Origin: Octopus vulgaris
Lineage: Eukaryota
Assembly: GCA_951406725.2 (NCBI GenBank)
Contig: OX597819.1
Location: 73,222,001-73,286,000, forward strand
Direction: 5' to 3'
DNA: 64,000 nucleotides
In this document: positions 48,913 through 61,870 of the stretch, piece after piece
Layout of the letters: every line of letters starts with the position of its first letter
How positions within the stretch are numbered: position 1 is the first letter of the stretch
The notes under the pieces: model-generated
The model's database searches: none
The model's input: the letters and a program-made list of their open reading frames with translations, nothing else
What the model was told of the DNA's origin: nothing
Program-made: the position numbers and the translations under genes

Positions 48913-49958
48913 CCCTTTCGTTACCAAACCGCCCAAAGCCGCCCGAAAAAAATTTTGGTTTATGTGACCAAACCGCCCAAAGCCGCCCGAATTTACCTAT
49001 TCATATTTAAATGAGAATATCAGAGCAAATCTCTTTAGTACATTCGTGAAAACACGTATTATACTTCGTAAACAGTTCAATTACAGTTTTGTACAATAAT
49101 TGAAGTGTAATTTTAATTCCGTGAATTTTGAGAGATTTTTTTCCGAAATTTGTTCCTATTGTGTTTTCAAAATTTGTAATTCTGACAAAAAATGGATACA
49201 AATTTCATTATATCAAGCAGCGAGTCAGAATTCGAAGGATTTTCTACTGAAGACCTTCATAAATCTAACTCTATGACTGAAAAAAAAAAGCACATGGTAT
49301 TTGATAATGAATCTGATGTTTCATTTTCCGAAAGTGAAAACAGTGAATTCGAGAGCTCCGACAGCGATAAAGAAAACGAATTGGCACCTGAATGGAGTGA
49401 AAATTTAAAAACTGTTTCTTTCGGTGATTTTTCTGCAGAAAAAGGACCAAGACACAGACTTTCCCAGAGGAGTAAAGCCTTAGACTATTTCTTTTTACTT
49501 TTTCGAATGAGCCTATTTGAAATCATTACGGCAAAAACGATAGTTTGTGGTTTCCCATAACCTTAAATGAAATTAAGACTATTTTGCCGTAAATATTATT
49601 ATGGGTATCAGAAAGTTACCCAGAATAACAAATTCTATCGTAAAATTTTGTTGTATACCCAATTGAATATTAGCTAATAACCCATTTTCTATAGCGATGT
49701 TTGAACAAAATTTTAATTTTATATTTTGTTGAATTTACCTGTATCTACCTGCAATTAGAGTCACTTTGTGACAAAAATTATAGTATAGAATTGGTTGAGA
49801 ATATTTCATTAAATTATCTTCCAAAAATCAGATTAATATATTGATAAATAAAAAAGTTATAGTTGTTTAATGAAACCAGACTAAATTTATGATTACGTTA
49901 GAAATTAATTGAAACACATAAGGGGTGTATTTTGGTCAGAAATATAGTAACGAAAGGG
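48913..49958 (+). mobile_element. Internally deleted piggyBac transposon
   Basis: TTAA|CCCTTTCGTTAC...GTAACGAAAGGG|TTAA, with the subterminal repeat accaaaccgcccaaagccgcccgaa twice. Inserted in a SINE remnant. Confidence 0.92.
49192..49640 (+). pseudogene. Truncated piggyBac transposase (N-terminal part)
   Basis: Acidic, Ser-rich N-terminus, then F..EKGP...ALDYFFLLF...FEIIT, then a frameshifted FAVNIIMGIRKLPRI, as in PGBD transposases. Confidence 0.8.
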
Positions 49959-52919
49959 TTAATCATCAGTTGTATACCTTCATGCTAATTAGCTAGACTA
50001 ATTTAATACTGTCCAATTTTGCATACTCTATAAATAGCTCTCTACTCATATTTCCTCTGTGAAAAGTAAGTGACCAATCTCTAATGAGCTGATAATTAAT
50101 ATTAAAATTAATCAGATCAATATCCTTTCATTGACTTCAGACAGAAAAACCTTTGATTTAACCACAATTTCTACTTCATACAGTGAAGCTGAATTGTTTG
50201 TTTTTCTAGAAAGGTGTTTATAAAGTTTACCTTGTATGTGTGTGTGTGTGTTTTTATTTACTGGTTTCAATTTTTAGACTGTGGCCATGCTGGGGCATTA
50301 TCTTGAAGAATTCTTAGTCAAATGAATCAACCCCAGTACTTATTGTTTAAGCCTGGTACTTATTCTGTTGGTCTCCTGCTAAACCGCTAAGTTACAGGCA
50401 CATAAACACACACATGACAGGCTTCTTTCAGTTTCTGTTTACAAAATCCATTTGTAAGGCTTTGGTCGGCCTGACGCTGTAGTAGAAGACACTTGCCCAA
50501 GCTGCCACACAGTAGGACTGAACTCGGAACCATGTGGTTGGGAAGCAAGTTTCATACCTCGCATCTACCCCTGCAACTATGTATCTCAATAGTAATATAT
50601 AACAAAATATAATAAGAATCTTTTGATGGCTAAATCACCTCCTTGCTACCAACCATTCACTAATAAAGCAATAATGGAGAGCAAGCAGTAATGTGCCTTG
50701 CTGTGGTACACAACACAATGGCTGTGCATTAGATAGAAGAGTATTTTAATATTGAGCTGTCATAAAGTTCTTTAAGAAATGAATAAGTATTACTACCTTC
50801 CATAATAATTTAATCCTTTAGCATTTATGTTACTGTCAAAAGTAATGTTTATTTATTGACATTGTTTTTTTTAATCATACATTATCTTGTAGCGTTGACA
50901 TTTCGATTATGTATTTGGTTACATTTTGAATGACATTGTAGGGTAGATGCAAGAGGCCAGCCCTAGCCAGTTTGAACATAAAGCATGTAGAGTACATATC
51001 TGAGGCAAATCCCTTGTGCAGTACAAAATCTACTCATCTTGTTGGTTCTTCTGTACTTATCAGTTTGTTTCTCTACATACTTATAAAACTAGATGTTACT
51101 GTCAATTTGTATGAAATTTACAAATAACTTGGATGAATGAATATTTAAAATTAATTTCGTTATTATTATTATTATTATTCCTTGTAAGGTGGTGAGCTGG
51201 CTAAATTGTTAGCACACTGGGCGAAATGCTTAGCGGTATTTTGTCTGGTGTTACATTCTGAGTTCAAATTCCACTGAGGTCGACTTTGCCTTTCATCCTT
51301 TGGGGGGGCGGGGCGATTAAATAAGTACCAGTTACTCACTGGAGTCGATGTAATCAACTTAATCCCTTCCCCCAAATTTGAGGCCTTGTGCTTCCAGTAG
51401 AAAGGATTATTCCTTGTGAAAGTTTGTGGCCTAGCAGTTAGGGTGCTGCACTCACATTTTGGTGATAGTTGGTTTGATTCCTGGACTGAGCAACACATTG
51501 GGGTTGGTTGTCAAGCTGTGGTGATGGGTCAAACACAAAGAGACACACATGACAGGCTTCTTTCAGTCTCCATCTACCAGATCCCTTCACATTGCTTCAA
51601 TTTGCCTGGGGCTACAGTAAAAGACACTTGACTAAGGTGCAGTACTGTAGGATTGAACCCAGAAGTAAGTGGACGGGAAGCAAACTTATCACTGTCATGC
51701 TTGTGCCTTGTATCTTGACTTTCATCATTAAGCATCCGTTGTCCATGCTGGCATGGGTTAGATGGTTTGACTGAGTTGGCATGCTAGAAGGCTGCACCAG
51801 GCTTCAGTCTGATTTGGCATGGTTTTCTATGGTTGGATGCCCTTCCTAACACCAACCACTCTGAGAGTGTAATGGGTGCTTTTATGCACCACCGGCACTG
51901 GGATGCATTTATGTGCCAATTTGTTTGACACTGGTATCTGCCACAACTGCAATTTGTGAAAGATAATTTCAATACCTAGCTAACTGGAACTTGGGTGGGT
52001 TGCTCTACACATTCAGGTTAGAGGATAACTAACTTCCTTACCACCACTACCCTCAGAGTTTTTTTTCTCTAAGTCACAGACTTTCGTCATCATCATCATC
52101 ATCATCATGAGTTCTCAACTATTTTTTGTCTATGGACCCCTTTGATTACTATTTTATTCCAGTGGACCCTCCCCTAGTCATTCAATGTTTGAAGAAACTG
52201 CTTTTAAAATTTTGTAGAACTTCTTCCAAAATTCCTATTTTGGTTTTCACACATTCATTTGTCTTGGTTGAATTATGTAAAATGTTAGAGAAAGAAACCC
52301 AGTTGTTTCTTGCGATATATACCAATACATCTAAAACAATTTTTTTCCAGGGTTCTTAAAGCATTATTGTGGATCCTAAATGTGCTATTTTGGTGTGTGG
52401 ACCCCAAAAATCTTATGTAGACCGCAGTCCAGAACCACTAATCATCATTTAATGTTTGTTTTCCATGCAGCATGGGTTTGACAGTTTGACAAGGGGCTGG
52501 CAAATCAGACAGCCGGATGCCCTTCCTAATACCAATCACTTTACAGTGTGTACTGGGTACCCTTTACATGGCACCAGCACTAGTGATTTTTACGTGGAAC
52601 CAGCAACTATAGGGTCATCAAGTAACTTGCATGAAAAGGTCAAAACGAATCTCCCTCTGGATAGAATGTGGGTGGTGTTGAACTTGTTACTGCAAATCAG
52701 CAAACTATCTTTTATTTAGAGTGTGTGAATTTGGTCATGATCTTAAACAAACAGTGACTGTGTATAAAGTGATTGCATGACTGCTGTCCTCTGCCTTATT
52801 GACACAGCAACATGGTGGGGAGAAAGAGAGAGTGAGAGTGATAGAAAAAATGTTGAAAAGAGAGAGATAACTGACATTCCATTGGTTATGATGACAAAGG
52901 TTCCTGTTGATCCGATTGT

Positions 52920-53395
52920 CGGGAAATATGCTGTGATTGAGAAGATCTGGCAACTAAAGTAAGATCACAGCCATGGCCGATGCCAGTGTTGCATGTCTGG
53001 TCCATTTAAGAGTATCTTTGATGTGTTGGGCAATATGATATGCTTGAGAAGACCTGTTGAGTCAAGTAAAACCAAAATCGTGCCCCCTGACTGGCTTCTG
53101 TGCTGGTGGCACATAAAAAGCACCATCCAAATGTGGTCAATGCCCGGTCTGCCTGACTGGCTCCTGTGCCAGTGGCACATAGAAAGCACTATCTGAACAT
53201 GGTCGATGCCAGGTCCACCTGATTTCTCCTGTGCCAGTGGCACTTAAGAAGCACCCACTACACTCTCGGAGTGGCTGGTGCATCCAGCTGTGGAAACATT
53301 GCAAGATCAGATTGGATCCTAGCCGCTGGCTTTCCCAATCTCAGTCAAACTGCTCAACCCATGCCAGCATGGAAAATGGATGTTAAATGATGATA
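52920..53395 (+). mobile_element. RTE 3'-end copy with three hairpin modules
   Basis: End of ORF (aaatatgctgtg.ttgagaaga), the modules and a GAT tail. Confidence 0.85.
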
Positions 53396-54021
53396 ATGGC
53401 TTAGCACTCAGAGATACATGTGCCCTTAGCATAGTTTTGAGGGAGATACAGTGTGATATATAATGTGACAAGGCTGTCCCTTTGCATTACAGGTCCACAG
53501 TTTTGCCAGTTGAGTCAACTGGAGGAACATGAAATGTAGTGTCTTACTCAAGGACACATGTCATTGGGACTCAGTGTTATGATCGTGAGCTGAAAACCCT
53601 AACCAGTGAGCCATGCACCTTCACTAGGGAAAGAAAGAAAGTGATGGGAGCAGTAATATCCTTATGTGCAGATGTGTGAAATGCTGATGGTTGGCAAATA
53701 GTAATAAGTTCAATGTTACTGCTATTCTACTGAAAAGGAGTCATCACTGCCAGTGACACCCAGAGACAAATGATGATTTAGAGAAGATGACAAAGGCATG
53801 AACCTGAAATATCTCTGTAGATTCAAAGAAGTTCAAGATGTATACAGAAGGAGGAGGGTGGGAAGGTAAGATCAGTGATCGGAGCATGAGCATGGTGCCA
53901 ACCAGATGGAGGATGTCAGGGTGGTATGGAGGTGGAATGTTAACAGTAAATAGATTCATAAAATTAGAAAATTACTATTTGTACATCTCACAATGAGAGA
54001 TATTCAGCAACAGTACTTTGG

Positions 54022-54391
54022 AGTAAAGATTGTTTGCCAACATAACATGGCAGTCCTGGTTTAGGACTAATGTTGCTGTAGTTTAGCTCCAGGAGACATC
54101 GTCTCCAGCTGGCTATAAGACACAATCTGTGTCCTTATATTTTCAAACAAGGGAATCCAGCATCCCTACTCAGCTCAAAACGATATCTGTGTATTGCAAT
54201 TTCTGGGTTATTTCTCTTCATCAGCACAATAATTGCCCGGCTAGAGGTAGCGCTGCCAAATTCCTTGTTCGAAAATATAAGGACACAGATCGTGTCATAT
54301 AGCCAGCTGGAGATGATGTCTCCTGGGGCTAAATTACAGCAACATTTATCCTAAACCCGGACTGCCATGTTGTTGGCAAACAAGCTTTACT
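54022..54391. mobile_element. MITE with ~135-bp terminal inverted repeats
   Basis: agtaaagattgtttgccaac...gtccttatattttcaaacaaggg versus ttccttgttcgaaaatataaggac...gttggcaaacaagctttact. A related end fragment lies at about 32911. Confidence 0.88.
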
Positions 54392-57162
54392 ACAGATTCG
54401 TAAAAGTTAAGAGACAGTCCTAGAAAGATTAGCAGTAAAGTAGGAGGGGAATAAGGAACAATATCATGTGATTGGTCAAACTTTTGAATGTTATACATCA
54501 CTGGTCACAATGCACTTAGCATTGTTTTAGCTTTTGAAAGATGCCACCTTACTGGCTAGACAAGCAGGCCAACATTCTCCTCAGCTGCAAAGCTACTCCA
54601 TAGCAGGGTTACACATTTATAGCTTAATGGACTGGGGCAATGTGAAATGAAGTGTTTTGCTCAAGAACACAATTTGTCACCTGGTCCAGGAGTCAAACCC
54701 ACGATCTATTGATTATCAGTGCAACACCCCAACCACTGGGCCATGAATCTTCATGAGGAACTCTATAAGGTGGCTAAAAGTGAAAGTAGATATCCAGTGT
54801 ACATGGCAAGGAGAGAGGTTAAAAGAAAGAAAGTGTGGTAATGTTTTGCCATGGAATGATCAGATTGTAAAACTTATGAGCTCCTGCCAAACTGTCCAAC
54901 CCATGCCTGCATGGAAAACAGCTGTTAAATGGTGATTTATATTATGATAACTGACGAATAATTAGCAACATCCATCTTGTGTGTGAATTTTCAGTTTGTT
55001 CATTTGTTGTGTTACTGTTTAAATCTTGGAACTTATTACAGGAGTGGCTGTGTAGTAAGTGGCTTGCTTACCAACCACATGGTTGCGGATTCAGGCCCAC
55101 TGCATTGCACCTTAGGCAAGTGTCTTCTACTATAGCCTCTGGCCAACCAAGGCCATGTGAGGGAATTTGGTAGATGGAAACTGAAAGAAGCCTTTCATAT
55201 ATATGCATGTTTGTGTGTCTGTTTGTCTCCCCCATCATCGCTTGACAACCGATGCTGGTGTGTTTACATCCTATAACTTAGTGGTTCGGCAAAAAAGACC
55301 GATAGAATAAGTACAAGGTTTACAAGTAATAATTCCTGGGGTCAATTTGCTCAACTAAAGGTGCTGCTCCAACATGGCCGCATTCAAATGGCTGAAACAA
55401 ATGGCACATAAATGGGTTGACTTCACAACCATGTGGTTTCTGGTTACTTATTTCTTCAATCTATTTCTTTACTACCCACAAGGGGCTAAACACAGAAGGA
55501 ACAAACAAGGACAGACAAACGGATTAAGTCGATTACATCGACCCCAGTGCGTAACTCTTACTTAATTTATTGACCCCGAAAGGATGAAAGGCAAAGTCGA
55601 CCTTGGCGGAATTTGAACTCAGAACGTAATGGAAGCCAAAATACCGCTAAGCATTTTGCCCAGTGTGCTAACAATTTTGCCAGCTCGCCACCTTATTTCT
55701 TCAATCATTAGACCACAGCCATGCTAGGATATCAGCCAAATGTTCTGGCTGATGAATGCTTTGGCATTTTGTGGACAGAAACTATACTAAGCCTGTAATT
55801 GTGAGTGTGTGTGTGTATGCTGACATTCAGTGCTTTGCATGCAGAACCTACAGACTTTTGATGTTTATTGATGTTCTCTGCAAGTCCATCATTTAGTTGC
55901 TCTAAAGACAAGTGGAAAGAAACCTCTCTTACATACAAACAAGTTAGAAACAGGGTGGATTTCTGCCTTTAAAACAATGTCTTGATAAAATGTATTTGCT
56001 GGATCCATGGATTAATATGAAGGATTACTTTGTACTCTTTAGTAGCGGCCATATTAACTTTTACAAAAAAGTTGACTGACTTTGACATTTCAGTTTACTT
56101 GCCTTCATCAAACTATCTGAAGTGATGCAATCTGAAGCTTCAAAGGTCCCTGTTAAATTCTTCCTTATAAAAAGCGAGCTTAGTCTGGCACCAAGTTTGT
56201 ATTTGTATGCATCACTGCTTAATGCTGTCAACCCATATTTTATGGTGAGCCGTTGTATAGTGCAACTGGTCTTTTAACAATGGTCGGAACATCATAAGAA
56301 GGACCTGTCCCTTGTGCCAGTTTGCAGCGTCTGCTTTTCTGGCCTCTGTGGCTGAAGAAGAGATACCACTCTGAAATACCTGCACCCCACAGTCTGATTA
56401 GGGGGCACTCTGAGCTGAGGAGTTTTCTCCATAACAAAATACTGTGAATTGCTTTCTTACAAGATTGAATATGCTTCAAGCATATTTGAACTTGTAACAA
56501 GTTTGTATAAAAAATTATATATTTTCAAGAGTCAGACCTCAAGTTTGATGCATTTTCCAGTTAATGATGAAAGGAAAAGTTGGTTTGACAGACGCCATTA
56601 TATGATGAGAGATTAACAACAGACTGACAATAAAAGGAGTTTGAACCAATTAGCATTTCTACTAATTAAACTCAAATGAATTACCGTAACATTTGTCAAC
56701 ATTTTCATGAGTGTTTTCATTCCATCTTGATTGTAATTTCCTAGATGTTTTTGTATCAGCAACATTTCCTGTTTTCTTAAATCTAAAAAATTATCTGCAT
56801 TGAAGGTAGATGGGTGGTTGTAAATTTCTTTTCCCTTTATGCACAACTTAAGTTCCATTTTTAATTTATCATTGCTTAAATGTCCATATTTCCATGCTAG
56901 CATGGCAGATGGATTTTATTGAGGCAGATTTTCTATGGCCAGATACCCTTTCTGTTGCCAACTTTTATCTGTTTCCTAGCAAGATAATACTTCTCCATGG
57001 CCGACAATCATTTGCAACCATCACGCAATATCAAGGCAAGGAGACAGTCACATTTACTCATCGTTTTAGCATCTAGTTTTTCATCTTTCATGGTGCAGCT
57101 GGAATTTGTTGAGACTGATTTTCTGTATGAGTATGCTCTTTCTGTCACCAACAAAAGTAAGG

Positions 57163-57488
57163 CAGTGGTTCTCGACCTTTTTTATCTTAGGACCCCCCCC
57201 CCCCCCCCGATGAATACTTTATTCTGGTGGACACCCATAGCCATTCAATGTCTAAAAATTAGTTTTATAGATTCTTTTTTATTTTCAAAATTCTTATTTT
57301 GTTTTTCAAGCATTAACTTGTGTAGGTTGGACTGTGTAAGACATTAGAGAAAGAAACCTGTTTCTTGCTATAAATACATCCAAGCAAAAATTTTTTGTAA
57401 CCCTTAATATACGACTGTGGATTCCCATTTTACTACTTTGCTTGTGTGGACACCCGGGGGTTATACAGGCCCCAGCTGAGAACCACTG
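57163..57488. mobile_element. hAT-type MITE
   Basis: TIR cagtggttctc/gagaaccactg with an exact 8-bp TSD aagtaagg. A related copy lies at about 52108-52440. Confidence 0.9.
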
Positions 57489-58499
57489 AAGTAAGGTAAT
57501 ATTTCCCCATTGTCAGACATGTTTTCATGGAACACTGGAGATGAACAATGCCACTTGTATTATAATGATGCTTCTTTGGAATTATTACATGATGTCAAGA
57601 CATGGTTATACGCACACATGTCTATCTATCTCTATGTATGATGGGCTTCTTTCAGTTTCTATTTAACAAATGCACTCACGAGGCTTTAGTAGTAGAAGGA
57701 CCTTGCTTAACCCTTTAGCATTCAGATTATTCTGTCAAATGTAATCCTTATTTATTCACATTATTTTGAATTAATCCTGCATTATTTTGTAGCTTCAAGA
57801 GTTTGATGATGTGGTAGTTTATTTTTAGAATGACATTGTAGGGTAGGTGTGAGGGCCCAGATTTGACCAGTTTAAATACTTAAAGGTTTAAGGTGCTGTG
57901 CAGTGGGGCTAAACCTGAGATCATATGCTTGAGAGGCAAGTTTCTTAACCATACAGCCATGCCTGGGTTTATAGTGAATATAATTGTATGGGTATGTCAC
58001 TAGAAGCCAACGGACAAGTGGCAATGTTTAGTGTGTGTTAAAGAAATAAAGTTTTATAGACATTCTGCTAGAGTTCGATGACAGTGCTAAAATCTGGTGT
58101 GTGTGGAGGAGGAGATATTGACCACCACCATTCTCATTCTACATCCATTTCCCATGCTGGCAGGAGTTGGATGGTTTGGCAGGCGCTGCTAAGCCCGGGA
58201 GCCTGCACCAGGCTCCAGTTGTCTGTTTTGATATGGTTTCTACAGCTGGATTCCTTTGCTTACGCCAGCCACTTTACAGAACGTACTGGGTACTTTTTAT
58301 GTAGCACTAGGACCGACAGGGTCACCCAAGCAACTTGCAAGGCAAAACAGCTTAGCTGGGAGGTAAGGTAGTATTGAGTGGGGGGAGGGGGAGCTTTGTG
58401 CCGGTAGAATATTAGAGAGTAAGAAGGAAATCTTGTTCGTTGATCAGTGACTGGAATAAAATTATCTGATAGTGGGGGAGATGATGATTTTTTTATGAA

Positions 58500-58820
58500 A
58501 AGGAGAATTTGTTCATTAAGGTCTATGGGTGAATCAGTACCAAACAGGAAGACTTTTCACTTCTCTTCATGTTTGCAGGAATATGGGCTAGCATGGTGTT
58601 GAGAAACTCCCAGACACTGACAGATGATCAACAGAGTGGCCAAGTAATTTGAAATGTCGGGCCCCAAGCCTACTCTTGCGTTCTGTGGGAAATGCCAGGT
58701 TTGAGAAAACAAGTCACCTGAATGGCATCCCGTTTCACCTATGTAGAATGCATTGCAAAAATTGCAAGTAATGAAGTAGAAAAGGTTGGCAGATATTCCG
58801 TTAAAATCTTCAGAGTGCAT
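58500..58820 (-). pseudogene. Penelope-like element GIY-YIG endonuclease relic
   Basis: SANLFYFITCNFCNAFYIGETG matches the PLE endonuclease pattern (N.IY.I.C..C...YIGET). Downstream GTDSPIDLNE resembles the terminal P.GLN motif. Confidence 0.7.
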
Positions 58821-60739
58821 AAGTACTAGGTTTTGAAATGAGACAAATGGGCGCTGCTAATAATTGACCTGGCTAACTGAACAATTGGTCTGTTTTGACA
58901 GCACTTTTTTGCGCTTGAGACATCATATACAGGTAGAGAGGGAGAGAGAGGGGGGGGCGAGAGTAAATTAAAACGTTCTGATAGGTCGGTGTTGAATTAC
59001 TGTTCAGTGGTGCCAGAATGGCTTTGCCATACATACTTCTCATACATTCTGGGATTTCAGATTGCTTATGGTGTTTGATATGAAGAGACAATTGTGTAAA
59101 CATGTTGGAGCCAGTGAATTTCTAATGGATGTTTCCGTCTCAGAAAGCAGACGATAACAGAGGAGTATTTTAGTTGTGTGGTCGTGTGGAAAGTTAAATA
59201 AAATATATTTCGTTTGCAAGGTCGATGGTTCTAGTTCAGTGGACGGTGGAATCCACAACAGAACTGACATGACTACGATTGAAGAAGTGCTGCATTTCTT
59301 ATCTTATCATTTGTTTGTCATTAGACTGCGGCCATGCTGGGGCACCGCCTCGAATTTTTAGTCTAATGAGTCGACCCCAGTATCTTTTTTTTTTTTTTTT
59401 TAACTTGTACTTGTATCCGTCTGTTTTGCCGAACCGCCGAGTGCCGGTGACATAAACATATCAACACCGCCTGTCGAGTAGGGCTTTCAGTTTCCGTCTA
59501 CTAAATCCACTCATAAAGCTTTGGTCGGCCCAAGGCTATAGTGGAAGACACTTACCCGAGGTGCCAGTCGTGGGACTGAACCTGGAACCATGTCGTTGGG
59601 AAGCAAGCTTCTTATCAAACAACCATACCTCCCCGGATTTATAGCACTCGTAGGAGTTGATATTAAAAAAAATATTGGGTTAATGTGTGTGTTGGAGGTA
59701 GGAGTTGGGAATTAGTGGATGCATAGTAATGTGGAGGTGGGCATGGTGTTGATGGTGACAGATACCGAGAGGCTGGCTGAAATGTTGGCTATAGTAGAGG
59801 TTATGCTGTTCTTAGAGGCTGAAGCAGTTGATCTGCGAGAAAATTGGCACCATCGTAATCAATATAGTGACTACAGCTCTGGTACAGATCCGGTAAATTA
59901 TATAAAACTGGTCTCCAGTATGGTTTACCAAAAAGGGGGAGATAACAGGGACCTCCATCTTAACAGGTTTTTATTCATATTTTTTGGCTTTGCCAGGTGT
60001 CTTGGGAGATAAAATAATATATAGTATTTAAATTTTCTTCATATGTGAATTATTTTGGAAACCCTGATAATTTTTTTTCGTAAAGTCCCAAATGGAGATC
60101 GCTGAGAAGAAGCATATTTATCCTTTTCTATTCAATTGCAATAATAAACATTTAATTTTTTTTTGAAACTATAGTATCAAATACGAATGTGTATGAAATA
60201 TCAATGAATGATATGGATGGGAAATGCAAAAAAAAAAAAAAAATTACGTTTTTAAAATAGTCAATATTTTTTCGTAGTTCAAAAATTGCGATTTATGACA
60301 TAAAATGTCCTCTAGAATTAGCCAGAGCTAATAAAGACAAACTTTAATTACTAAATCTCGTTAAACACACCTCTGCAAATAAAATGTACATAAGCAATTC
60401 ACTTTAAATAGAATGAACAACCAGCATTGAGACTGTTTTTAGTAGATCTTTAAATGGGGCTCATGATTGGCAATGGGTTAATGTCTGTATCCACCTTATT
60501 AAAGTGATAAAATAATCACCAAACAAAGAGAAATAATTGAGTGGGTGCAAGTTTGTGGAACTGGATTGGGATACAGGCCAAGCAACCCTGGAAGACTTCT
60601 GAAGCTGATGGGCCATTGTTAAGGAAGGGCATCTATTAATCACAAATATTTCTCAATATTTGAAACCAACTTAGTGACCTGCATCCATTTAAATTAATAA
60701 AAGAAATGTGCTTCCAGCATGGTGTGTTATGTTGGTCTG

Positions 60740-61870
60740 AGGCGTGGCTGTGTGGTAAGAGTTTTACTTCCCAACCTCATGGTTCTAGGTTTAGTCCCAC
60801 AGCGTGGCTCTTTGGGCAAATGCCGGCACTGTCATGCTTTTTAGCTGTCAGAAGTGAAAGTCGTCAACTTCGTGTATTTACGTCAGGTTTATACCTTCGT
60901 TAATTTACGCCGTTTATTTACGTACCACCACGCTGTTAGGTTTATAAAACAATTGAAGTTCAGTTTAAAGTGTGTATATGTGGCTATATGTCTGACTAAT
61001 GTGTGTGTGTCTGTATTTATTGTATGTGTGTATAAGTAGTTATATGCGGCGATCTTTCGTTTGTAGTAAGATCGCCGTTATATGCTTATATTATCCATTA
61101 TAGTAATATTTGTCTGTTGAAATCCGTTTTAAGGCGGTCAATAGTTTAATTAAAGATGTGTCTATACATGTGTAATGTATACACATGCGTATATATACAT
61201 GTGTAATGTATACACATGTGTATATATACATGTGTAATGTATACACATGTATATATATGCATACACATGTATATATATATATATACATGTATAGACACAT
61301 CTTTAATTAAACTATTGACCGCCTTAAAACGGATTTCAACAGACAAATATTACTATAATGGATAATATAAGCATATAACGGCGATCTTACTACAAACGAA
61401 AGATCGCCGCATATAACTACTTATACACACATACAATAAATACAGACACACACACATTAGTCAGACATATAGCCACATATATACACTTTAAACTGAACTT
61501 CAATTGTTTTATAAACCTAACAGCGTGGTGGTACGTAAATTAACGAAGGTATAAACCTGACGTAAATACACGAAATTGATGACTTTCACTTCTGACAGCT
61601 AAAAGCATGATAATGCCTTCTACTTGTAGTTTCGGGTCGACCAAAACATTGTGAATGGATTTGGTAAACAGAAACTGAAAAAAGCCCGCCGTGTGCGTGT
61701 TTCTCCACCACTTCTTGACAACCACTGCTGTTATGCTTATGTCCACGTAACAGCGATTCAAGCTAAAACCAACAAGTACTAGGGTCAATTCATTCGACTA
61801 AAAATACTACAAGACAATGCCCCAGCGTGGCCGCAGTCTTATGACTGAAACAAGAAAAGAATAAAAGATA
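60740..61870 (+). mobile_element. SINE family 1 interrupted by a foldback element
   Basis: The head runs to ttgggcaaatgcc (60824) and the SINE resumes at ttctac (61618). Confidence 0.85.
60825..61617. mobile_element. 793-bp near-perfect foldback element
   Basis: Arms of about 330-345 bp are reverse complements with few substitutions and one 13-bp indel. The centre is a ~31-bp tatacatgtgtaatgtatacacatg tandem repeat. Confidence 0.93.

Noticed and set aside
59719-60012. 97-aa ORF as UBXN7 exon 2
   Set aside because: No suitable acceptor or phase and no match to the UBA-like motif; GT-rich low-complexity sequence.
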